Source: Eubacteriales bacterium
GTDB lineage: Bacteria > Bacillota > Clostridia > Oscillospirales > JAAYXM01
Reading direction: 5' to 3'
Length of the DNA: 64,000 bases
Assembly: GCA_045537045.1 (NCBI GenBank)
Contig: JAZSOS010000049.1
Coordinates: 18,143 to 82,142 of the forward strand
In this document: positions 55,858 through 64,000 of the stretch, piece after piece
Position numbering within the stretch: position 1 is the stretch's first letter
Layout of the letters: every line of letters starts with the position of its first letter
Notes under the pieces: generated by a model
The model's database searches: none
The model's input: the letters and a program-made list of their open reading frames with translations, nothing else
What the model was told of the DNA's origin: nothing
Made by a program: the position numbers and the translations under genes

Positions 55858-56028
55858 TTATTCCTCGGAGATAGCATCTACCGGGCAAGCACTTGCACAC
55901 TCACCGCAGCCAGCGCATGCGTCCTTGTCGATAACGTACTTTGTATCACCTTCGGAGATTGCACCAAGGGGGCAAGCACCTGCACAAGAACCACACATTA
56001 CGCACTCGTCGCTAATTACATATGCCAT
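55858..56028 (-). CDS. 2x[4Fe-4S] ferredoxin (56 aa, below the ORF-track cutoff)
   Basis: Minus-strand translation: MAYVISDECVMCGSCAGACPLGAISEGDTKYVIDKDACAGCGECASACPVDAISEE, with two CxxCxxCxxxCP motifs. GGAGGTG SD upstream. The plus-strand ORF 55805..56068 is its antisense shadow. Confidence 0.9.
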   Translation of the reverse strand: MAYVISDECVMCGSCAGACPLGAISEGDTKYVIDKDACAGCGECASACPVDAISEE

Positions 56029-56217
56029 GTCAATAACACCTCCATCTTTTTCAATATATCTATTGTAACAATGAATAAGAAAAAAATCAATAGGGTAAAC
56101 TAAAAAAATTTGAAAAATTACAAAAAAGTTTATATTGTCGAAAATGCTTATGTATAAAACACCGGATAAAAAGGTAAAATTTAATCTGTGGAATCAAAAT
56201 ACAAATCGGAGGAAACC

Positions 56218-58647
56218 ATGTTTTTTGAGAACAGATTTACGCTTCGTGCGGAAAGCGTGCTTCGGTGTGCACATGAATGTGCGGCAGAACTCGGGCACGG
56301 ATATGTGGGGAGTGAGCATATTCTTCTGGGGATACTTCGTGACGGAGAGGGCAAGGCTGCAAAATTACTGATTGCAGAGGGCGTTTCTGCAGAAAAAGTG
56401 AGAAGCTGCGTAATTTCCCGAACCGGCATCGGAAAAGCTCATAAAAATACGCTTCAGGGGTTAAGCCCGTGTTCTCGGAGAATAGTGAGATGTGCGTATA
56501 ACAAATCAAAAAGCACGGGTGACGGTTTCATCGGGGACGAGCATTTGCTTGCCGGAATCATTTGCGAGGACTCCTGCAGCGCGAAAAAGCTTTTAAAAAG
56601 CATGGGAACGGATACGGAAAAGCTCGCGCGGCTTATTATGCCATCTGGAGGGGATAACGGCGCGGATTGCAGAAAAAACGCTGATAATCGCCGCAGTTCT
56701 GAAAAAAACGAAACAAAATTACTTAAAAACTACGGGAGAGATTTGTGTGAGCTTGTCCGTGAGGGCAAAACCGATCCGGTAATCGGGCGAGAGAAAGAGC
56801 TTCGGCACGTTATAGAAATACTTGCGCGAAGAACGAAAAACAATCCGCTTCTGATAGGAGACCCCGGTGTCGGAAAAACAGCCGTTGCAGAGGGGCTTGC
56901 AGAGCGCATTGTAAAAGGAAATGTGCCGCGCATTCTTTCGGGAAAAAGGATTTTTATGCTTGATATCTCCGGAGTTGTTGCCGGCACGAAATACAGAGGT
57001 GAGTTCGAAGAACGCATACGCTCGATATTGCGCGAAGTAAGCCGCGTAGGAGATATAATTCTATTTATAGACGAAATACACAACATTGTGGGCGCGGGAG
57101 CGGCAGAGGGGGCGATAGATGCTGCGAACATATTAAAGCCTGCACTTTCACGCCGCGAAATCCAGATTATAGGTGCGACAACGCACGAGGAGTACCGAAA
57201 GTATATCGAACCGTCTGCCGCGCTTTCACGCAGATTCCAGACGGTAGAGGTTGAGGAGCCTTCAAAAGAGGAAAGTACAGAGATTCTTGCGGGACTGAGG
57301 GAAAGATACGAACAGCATCACAAGATAAGAATTACGGACGAGGCAATAGCTGCCGCGATTGAGCTTTCAGAAAAGTATATCCCGCAGCGCCGCCTGCCGG
57401 ATAAAGCAATAGATTTGATTGATGAGGCGGCAAGCCGAGCGAAGATATACGCATCGTCGCCGCCTCCGCGTATGCGCGAGCTTGAGGAAAATATAGTGAA
57501 CGCTGTCGGTATGAAAGAAAAGTGCATACAGACGGAGGACTTTGAGGGCGCGGCACGTTTTCGGGACAGAGAAGAAAGCTTAAGGCGAGAGCTTTCTATG
57601 GTGAGTGAGAGCTGGCAAAAGGTACTTGAAGGGCGTGCTGAGATTGACTTTGACAGTATCGCAGAAACGGTGTGTATGCGCACCGGAATCCCCGCATCAA
57701 GGATAACGCGCGAGGAAAGCCGCAGGCTTCTTGAGTTTGAGGAACTTCTCAGGAAAAGAATTATAGGGCAGGAAAAGGCGATTGCGGCGGTGGCACGGGC
57801 GGTGCGCAGGGGAAGGCTCGGTTTTTCGGATCCGAGGCGTCCTATCGGATCGTTTTTGTTCGCAGGTCCCACAGGTGTGGGGAAAACGGAGCTGTGTCGT
57901 GCGTTGTCAGAGGCTCTTTTTGACGATGAGAACAAGATTATCCGTATGGATATGTCGGAATATATGGAAAAGCATGAGTTGTCAAAGCTTCTGGGCTCAC
58001 CTCCCGGATACGTGGGACACGACGGTGGAACAACTCTTGCGGACAGAGTTTGCGATGCCCCGTATTCCGTTATTCTTTTCGATGAAATAGAAAAAGCGCA
58101 TCCGGATGTGATCAACATTCTTCTTCAGATTCTTGAGGACGGGACAATTACGGATTCCCACGGCAAAAGGGCAGATTTTAAAAACACTGTGATTGTGATG
58201 ACTTCAAATATTGGTGCAGAGAGAATGTGTGCCGCAAGCGTGGGCTTTGGAACCGGCGGGAAAAATGAGATTTCAGAAGTGACAAAAAGCGTGGTTGCAG
58301 ATATAAAAAAGAGCTTTCGGCCGGAGCTTTTCAATCGCATCGATGATGTGATTGTCTTTTCAAAGCTTACAGAAGAAGAAGCGAGCCGTATCTGCGATAT
58401 GATGATATCGACACTTTCTAAAAGGCTTTTAAAGCTTGGAATTGAGCTTGAAGTGACGGATGAGGCAAAGCACTTTATTGTATCGCACGGCTTTGATGAA
58501 AAATACGGTGCACGAGGACTTCGCCGTGAACTTCAGAACAAAGTTTCGGATGTCCTGGCCGAGGAATATCTAAAAAACGAGTGTGCCACAGGTAACTACC
58601 AGATATATTGTGAAAACGAAGAAATAAGAGCACGGCGTGCAGTGTAA
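56218..58647 (+). CDS. clpC: ATP-dependent Clp protease ATP-binding subunit ClpC-type (two AAA+ modules)
   Basis: Clp N-repeat, Walker A GDPGVGKT and GPTGVGKT, and a middle-domain coiled coil. The ATG at 56218 follows a GGAGG SD. Confidence 0.9.
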   Translation: MFFENRFTLRAESVLRCAHECAAELGHGYVGSEHILLGILRDGEGKAAKLLIAEGVSAEKVRSCVISRTGIGKAHKNTLQGLSPCSRRIVRCAYNKSKSTGDGFIGDEHLLAGIICEDSCSAKKLLKSMGTDTEKLARLIMPSGGDNGADCRKNADNRRSSEKNETKLLKNYGRDLCELVREGKTDPVIGREKELRHVIEILARRTKNNPLLIGDPGVGKTAVAEGLAERIVKGNVPRILSGKRIFMLDISGVVAGTKYRGEFEERIRSILREVSRVGDIILFIDEIHNIVGAGAAEGAIDAANILKPALSRREIQIIGATTHEEYRKYIEPSAALSRRFQTVEVEEPSKEESTEILAGLRERYEQHHKIRITDEAIAAAIELSEKYIPQRRLPDKAIDLIDEAASRAKIYASSPPPRMRELEENIVNAVGMKEKCIQTEDFEGAARFRDREESLRRELSMVSESWQKVLEGRAEIDFDSIAETVCMRTGIPASRITREESRRLLEFEELLRKRIIGQEKAIAAVARAVRRGRLGFSDPRRPIGSFLFAGPTGVGKTELCRALSEALFDDENKIIRMDMSEYMEKHELSKLLGSPPGYVGHDGGTTLADRVCDAPYSVILFDEIEKAHPDVINILLQILEDGTITDSHGKRADFKNTVIVMTSNIGAERMCAASVGFGTGGKNEISEVTKSVVADIKKSFRPELFNRIDDVIVFSKLTEEEASRICDMMISTLSKRLLKLGIELEVTDEAKHFIVSHGFDEKYGARGLRRELQNKVSDVLAEEYLKNECATGNYQIYCENEEIRARRAV

Positions 58648-58786
58648 ATGTTACATTGCACGCTATGTTGTTGTAAAATCGTATCTTTTATATGGAAAAA
58701 GGTTGAAATTAAGGAGTGATGCATTGTTTTTAAGCAGAAAACGATGTATAATCGGAATGTGAATATATCACAGAAAGGGAAAATAT

Positions 58787-60575
58787 ATGAGTAATTTACA
58801 TTATTTATGCATAACGCCAGACCTTGAAAAAGAAGGTGTTTCCGTTGTTCTTCATACGGAGAAAACAGTCACCGGTGCCGGCTGTAAAATTTTTGATGCC
58901 GAAGGCAAATGTGTTACGGAGACGAACGTATCTCCGGAGAACAATTCTTTTTCATATCAATTGAAAATCCTGTGCTGTGGATGATTGAAAATCCGTATCT
59001 GTACAGGCTGAGTGCCGAGATTACATATGAGGACGGAACTAGCGAAAGCGTTACCGATACGTTTGGCATGAGAAGTCTCGGAACATGTGGTCGCGATATT
59101 CTGCTCAACGGAAAGCCGTTTTATATGCGTGCAGTTATTCGCGGAACAATCTGCCACGACCACGAAAACATCCTTGATCTTGATGAAGAGGAGTTTTATG
59201 CAAAGTTTATCCGAACGGCAAAGGAATACGGCTTCAACACAATCCGTTTCCACTCGCGCATACCGCCGAAAGCGTGCTTCCGCGCTGCAGACAGGCTCGG
59301 TATGTTTATACATGTAGAGCTTCGCACAAAGGATGAGGAATATAACAACCTTGAAGAGATGGTAAATGGTGTAGGGGTGTATGTAAGTGACGAAAGAATC
59401 CGTGAGACTGCATATAACCTTATGAATCATCCGTCGTTTATGGTATATTGCATCGGAAACGAAATAAAGCATCCGGGCGATAATCCGCGCGTTCGAGAGA
59501 TTGCAGCCGTTATTAAGGAAACTGACCCGTCGCGTCTTTTTATAGACACCTGCGCTCACGGGGAGTTTGAGCGTGATTACGTTGAGTTTGATGTTCAGCA
59601 TATGAGCTATTTTTATCCGTTCGGCAAAAACTACGATATGTTTGAAAACACCGATAACCTTCTTGTTTTCGGCTCGTGCACGGGGCTGCAGACTGTCACG
59701 GGAGAGGATGGCGGAAAGGTTACCCGCACAATTGTACCGGAACGTCCGATTGTTGCGCATGAGGTTTGCCATTATACGGCATTGAGGGATTACGATACTC
59801 TTGCAAAGAAGTATGAGGCTGCAGGCAAGCCTGCTCCATGGTGGCTTGCGGAGGAAAAGAAAATGATTGCCGCAAAAGGCCTTACGGAAGATTACGCAGA
59901 GCTTTTCCGCGCAAGTAAGGCATTTCAGCTTATGAGCTTATTGATACAGACACCGGAGAGACGCTTGTTTCCGGAGGTCTTGACAATCTTGATATTGATA
60001 AGCGCGGATACTTTGAGCTTTGCAAAATTCATATAACCTTCCCGAAAACAGACAGGGCAAAGAATCTTCGAATCGTCGCACGGCTTATTGATGATTCCGA
60101 TAAGATAATTCTTGATAATTTCCCGATAAAGGTCACTCCAATTTTCAGGGAGACGGACAAAAGCAGCCGTGACCGCTTTGATGCATATGCAAGCTCGTTT
60201 AATCTTCCTGAGCTTCAGTATGACCGCACGCTCCGTTTGTTCTCGCATATCTGCGAAATGAAGGTCGGATGTGGAAAGTTAATCATTACGGGACTCAACT
60301 TTACCGGTCTTGGAATCCAGCTTCCGGAGGTCTGCGGAATGTTTGAAGCGCTTATTAATTATGCAAAGAGCGATAAGTTCTGCCCGGAAGCGGAGATTGA
60401 GCTTGAAGCACTGAGAGAACACCTTATGCACAACAGTACGCTCGGTCCCGTGCGTGAGCGTATGATGACGCAGTATTGGCAGCTTGATGAAGAGCCTGTC
60501 GAGAGTGCACGATACTGGAAAGAGTCACGAGAGTATTGCGAAGAGGGAGATCGTCTCGGACAGAAACTTAACTGA
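58787..60575 (+). pseudogene. GH2-like (clan GH-A) glycoside hydrolase gene broken by at least two frameshifts
   Basis: Three colinear ORF pieces (58787..58984, 58909..60036 and about 59919..60575). The frame switches at a T5 run (58948..58952) and near 59919..59937. Motifs present: NPYLY, NTIRFHS and NHPSFMVYCIGNE. Confidence 0.7.
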
Positions 60576-60606
60576 TGTAATTTAACAGCGGACAGAAAAT
60601 ACACGA

Positions 60607-60638
60607 AGAACCGTGCGGCACAACTGCCGCACGGTTCT
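60607..60638. terminator. 13-bp stem hairpin between convergent genes
   Basis: AGAACCGTGCGGC-ACAACT-GCCGCACGGTTCT followed by TT. Confidence 0.7.
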
Positions 60639-60652
60639 TTGGCTTTATTTAC

Positions 60653-63600
60653 TTAGATGATATCACATTTGTCGAGAATGTTATACATAAGCTGGATAAG
60701 CTCGGCTCTTGTAACGTTTGCCTTCGGATTAAGTCTTCCGTTGTTGTCGCCGTTTACAATGCCTGCCTGAACACACTCTGCAATGTTTACCTTTGCCCAG
60801 TTATCAACAGTTGCTGCATCTGTAAACTTTGAAAGGATGCTTGTTGCCTCGCTGAGCGTCATATCCGAGGATTCCGATACGCTCTTGCCGTTCATAAATC
60901 TTATCGCACGGGCAACGATTGTCATTGCCTCGGCACGTGTAAGGCTCTTTGACGGCTTGAATGTGGAGTCGGGGTATCCTGATATAAGCTCAAGAGAAAC
61001 TGTTGACATAACGGCATCGAAATAGTTGTCAGTTGATATCATATCAAAGAACGGGCTTGCGCCTTCGCTGTCACAGAGGATGCCGAGCGTTCTCGCCATA
61101 ATCGTGACGGTTTCGGAACGCGAAATAGCTTCCGAGCCGTTTAATGTGCTTCCGGGTTTGCCGGTAAGAATAAGGCGTGCAGCAAGTGCGTTTGTCGGAG
61201 ACTGTGCCCAGTTGAGAGTCTGAAGAGTTCTTGAAGAGGAAATTGCTGCGTAATCGCCGTCGGAAAGCGTTTTCGCGATGAGATAAACAACTCCGCTTGT
61301 GATATCGGAAGAACTTGGTACAGGAACAATGCTTCCTGATTTTTCAATTCTCACGGCGGTGAACGCCGTTTTGTTGTTGCTTGGCTCCTTAATCAGGAAG
61401 CGCTTTTCCGCGAACAACTTGTGAGTGATTTCCGTGCTTGTGCCGGAGGCTGAGATAAGCTTTGCACTAAGATTCTTTGCGTGTGACTCGATTGTAAAGG
61501 AGTCAGAGGTGGAAGCGCTTGCAAGTGAGCTTGAAACACCTGATGTTGAATCGCTTACCGTAATTGAAAGTGTATCGGAAGAAGTGATTTCGGAAATGTT
61601 GCTTGTGGGGAGATAGTATGTTGCATTTCCGAGGGAAAGGGCCACTGTGCTTCCATAACGCTTGAGATTTTCAACGATGTCGCCGGTTAAGTTGAGCGTT
61701 GCGCTCTTTGCACTGTCGGCAACCTTTACAAGGAACTCAATTTGCTTTGCATAGGTGTTGAATTTGGAGAGACCGGAGACCGATATAACCGGAGAATCTC
61801 CGCTTGCCTGTTCTGAGGTAAAGCCTGTGACAACCACATTGTTTATGTAGGTTCTTATGTTTCCTTCTGCTTCGCCGAGAGGGAGCGTTGTAATTGCAGT
61901 GGAAACGGATCTGCCGTCTGCCTTGCGGAGTGCACCGGAAAGAATCTTAATCTGTGAGAAATATTCATCCGCGGGTTCTGCAAGAACGATGAGAAGCTCG
62001 TTTGTTTCAGTGTCAAGGCGCACATAGTCGTTGGAGGTAAGCGTTTCGAATCTTCCGCTTCTTGATATCTGGATTTTAGATTTCAAATCATCGAGTGAAT
62101 CTTTGTTGTTATAAAGCGCTTCATCAAACTTAAGCGTAACGGTGTATAAATCTTCCGAAAGTGTAGCGGTTACATCACCGCTGTAATCTGCACTTCCGTT
62201 GCTTGTTTCGTCGGAAGAACTGCTTCCCGATACGCTGACGTAGTCAGTAACTATGGTGTCGTTTTGTACATATCCTGATTCATAATCGGCAAGTGTGTTC
62301 CCTGCAATTCTAAAACGGTTGCGTGTACCTTCAAGGGGAACGGTAAGAAGAATCGTAATTACGTTTGACGGGGAAATGGTTATTATATCGTTGCCTGAAA
62401 GAGATTCATACGAGCCGCCGTTGCGTGAGACCGTAACGGCATCGTGAAGGTCGGCTTTTGAAACCTTCTTTATATCTCTGTCAAAGTAGATACGCGCACG
62501 CTGTGCACTGCTGTCGTAAGTGATTTTTGTAAACTCGGGTGCGCTCTCATCGTCGTAATAGTCGTCGTTATTGCTACTGTCTGACATACCCGCCACAAGA
62601 TAACCGGTAGTAAAGGAGGATGTAAGCTTAGCTCCTGTTTTTGACGAAACTGTGTTGCCTGTAACGCGGACTCTGTTGTACGAGCCGGTAAGTTCTTCAC
62701 GGAGAGAAATGGTCATCATGTTGTCCGAGAACGTAACGCTGTCGTATGAAGAAAGTGTTTCAAAAGTGCCGCCATTACGCGAAAGGGTGATGTGCGAACG
62801 GAGTTCGCTTGTTGTCAGTTCTGAAATTTTCTGAACGGGAACTGTAAAATAAATAACAATTTTTTTATTGCTTGAAAGGAATGAACTTGCGTATGACGGT
62901 GCGGCAGAAGCGGAGACTCCTTTTGTTACATCGTCGGTGATGATGTCCGTCGCTATGATTTTTCCGTAGTAATCCGCAATTGTGCCGCCACTGATTTTGA
63001 TGTAGTTTTTAGATGCGGAGAGCGGCTCACTGAATGTGATTTTTATGTAGTTTGAGCCTATGGAAACAGAGTCGTTTCCAGCGAGTGTTTCGTATTTGTT
63101 TGTGCTTCCGCGGCTTACCCAAATGTTGGATTTTAGAAGAGATGTTGCAAGTGTTGAGTTTACACCCGAGGTTGCAAGTCCGTTTTTGATTCTCTGTGTG
63201 AAATAGATGGTAACTGAGTTTCTTGTATCGCTTATGTTTGTGTAATCAATCTCCGGGGTTGCAGATGTTGTAGAAGCGTCAATTGCCGGAGTTGTAATTT
63301 CTGTAAGGTTGATGTTTCCACGAAGATTCTGAAGCTTGCCTGCGGCAATTTTGAACTTTGAGTATTTGCCGGAAAGCCACTCGTCGAGATAAATTTCAAT
63401 CTCGCCCTTTTCGTTGTCGATTGTTATATGGTCTTCGGGGATGGTTTCGTTAAAGGTAGAACCATTACGTGCAAGCGTGATATATCCGTTTTTGAGTGAT
63501 GCATCGTTGGGGTATCCGCGTACTCCGGTTTTAAACTTTATTGTAACGGTCTGGTCATCACTGTTAAGCACTACGTTGTTTTCTTCGGCAAGCTCAGGTC

Positions 63601-64000
63601 CGCGCGCGTCAAAAAGCGGAGTATCCACATCCTCTGTCTGACCTGAAAACGTACCATTTAATATCCTGAAAAAGTTGTCTGATTGGGAGAGTGAAGAGTC
63701 AAGCGTTATGTAAAGACAACTTCCTGAAACGGAATATGATGTTGAGGATGAAAGGTTGGAAAGAGAAGCACCTCCACGGCTGAGTTTAATCTTTCCATTA
63801 AAACTCGAGGGAGCCAGATTTTCGATATCTCTGTCGAATCTGATGGTTATGTGTGAACGTGTAGTGTTCATTGATACACCCTCAACTACCGGATTTGAAC
63901 TGGTAACGGCAAGTGCTCCGAGCGGAAACACGGATAAAAGCAATGATACGATAAGTAATAAATTTACCGCCTTTTTTAATACATTCCTGGCTTTTCTCAT
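60653..64000 (-). CDS. Large SLH-anchored surface protein (signal peptide, many Ig-like repeats of about 90-100 aa, three C-terminal SLH repeats)
   Basis: The start codon is the last three bases of the window (MRKARNVLKKAVNLLLIVSLLLSVFPLGALA). A recurring ...ITLSRNGGTFETLS... module pattern is present. The C-terminus has SLH repeats. Confidence 0.8.
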   Translation of the reverse strand: MRKARNVLKKAVNLLLIVSLLLSVFPLGALAVTSSNPVVEGVSMNTTRSHITIRFDRDIENLAPSSFNGKIKLSRGGASLSNLSSSTSYSVSGSCLYITLDSSLSQSDNFFRILNGTFSGQTEDVDTPLFDARGPELAEENNVVLNSDDQTVTIKFKTGVRGYPNDASLKNGYITLARNGSTFNETIPEDHITIDNEKGEIEIYLDEWLSGKYSKFKIAAGKLQNLRGNINLTEITTPAIDASTTSATPEIDYTNISDTRNSVTIYFTQRIKNGLATSGVNSTLATSLLKSNIWVSRGSTNKYETLAGNDSVSIGSNYIKITFSEPLSASKNYIKISGGTIADYYGKIIATDIITDDVTKGVSASAAPSYASSFLSSNKKIVIYFTVPVQKISELTTSELRSHITLSRNGGTFETLSSYDSVTFSDNMMTISLREELTGSYNRVRVTGNTVSSKTGAKLTSSFTTGYLVAGMSDSSNNDDYYDDESAPEFTKITYDSSAQRARIYFDRDIKKVSKADLHDAVTVSRNGGSYESLSGNDIITISPSNVITILLTVPLEGTRNRFRIAGNTLADYESGYVQNDTIVTDYVSVSGSSSSDETSNGSADYSGDVTATLSEDLYTVTLKFDEALYNNKDSLDDLKSKIQISRSGRFETLTSNDYVRLDTETNELLIVLAEPADEYFSQIKILSGALRKADGRSVSTAITTLPLGEAEGNIRTYINNVVVTGFTSEQASGDSPVISVSGLSKFNTYAKQIEFLVKVADSAKSATLNLTGDIVENLKRYGSTVALSLGNATYYLPTSNISEITSSDTLSITVSDSTSGVSSSLASASTSDSFTIESHAKNLSAKLISASGTSTEITHKLFAEKRFLIKEPSNNKTAFTAVRIEKSGSIVPVPSSSDITSGVVYLIAKTLSDGDYAAISSSRTLQTLNWAQSPTNALAARLILTGKPGSTLNGSEAISRSETVTIMARTLGILCDSEGASPFFDMISTDNYFDAVMSTVSLELISGYPDSTFKPSKSLTRAEAMTIVARAIRFMNGKSVSESSDMTLSEATSILSKFTDAATVDNWAKVNIAECVQAGIVNGDNNGRLNPKANVTRAELIQLMYNILDKCDII

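Noticed and set aside
55805-56068. 87-aa plus-strand ORF between rpsU and clpC
   Set aside because: It is the antisense shadow of a canonical 2x[4Fe-4S] ferredoxin gene on the minus strand (55858..56028). It also starts inside a terminator hairpin.
56069-56217. CtsR operator upstream of clpC
   Set aside because: ATCAATAGGGTAAAC (about 56087..56101) only loosely resembles the tandem GGTCAAA heptads. No ctsR/mcsA/mcsB genes are adjacent. The support is too weak to call.

Overview
All calls come from reading the sequence and the ORF track by eye. No searches, folding or statistics were run.

The window looks like a Firmicutes/Clostridia-type chromosome. It is densely packed with housekeeping genes:
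- rny-ymdB, pyk, cysK, nadE and ddh
- the run smc-ftsY-rdgB-nadD-yqeK-LCP-rsfS-leuS
- rpsU, a small ferredoxin and clpC

It also carries three SLH-anchored surface proteins and some decayed sugar-utilisation genes: a 5'-truncated Gfo/Idh/MocA gene, a frameshifted GH2-like gene and an orphan solute-binding protein.

The main feature is a visibly AT-richer element of about 20.4 kb (23377..43750) that splits the ferrous-iron transporter gene feoB.
- The feoB 5' half (43746..44807) and 3' half (22537..23376) are both on the minus strand.
- Both junctions carry the pentamer ACACG. Joining the halves at this core restores one in-frame FeoB (...GLTTC|MGFGCN...).
- A large serine recombinase gene (42086..43735) ends 10 bp from the right core.
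- The element-internal arms form an imperfect dyad (AAATTTC...GAAATTT), as expected for an attP.

The element's content fits neither a prophage nor a conjugative element.
- Present: a 1638-aa TP901-type tape-measure protein, an HNH endonuclease, an SF2/P-loop NTPase, two sigma-like proteins and a J-domain protein.
- Also present: two type II toxin-antitoxin pairs, a small serine recombinase and a solitary PD-(D/E)xK-like nuclease.
- Absent: recognisable capsid, portal, terminase, tail-tube, lysis or conjugation genes.

Other observations:
- A shared palindromic operator and textbook promoters inside the element.
- A 14-bp inverted repeat bounding a 330-bp non-coding gap.
- Orphan Shine-Dalgarno plus mini-ORF scars.
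- A head-to-head truncation junction at about 18.7 kb.
- A tRNA T-arm-like intergenic repeat present twice.
- A strand-matched conserved terminator hairpin present twice.
- Two real CDSs below the 60-aa track cutoff.

No rRNA, complete tRNA or CRISPR array was seen.
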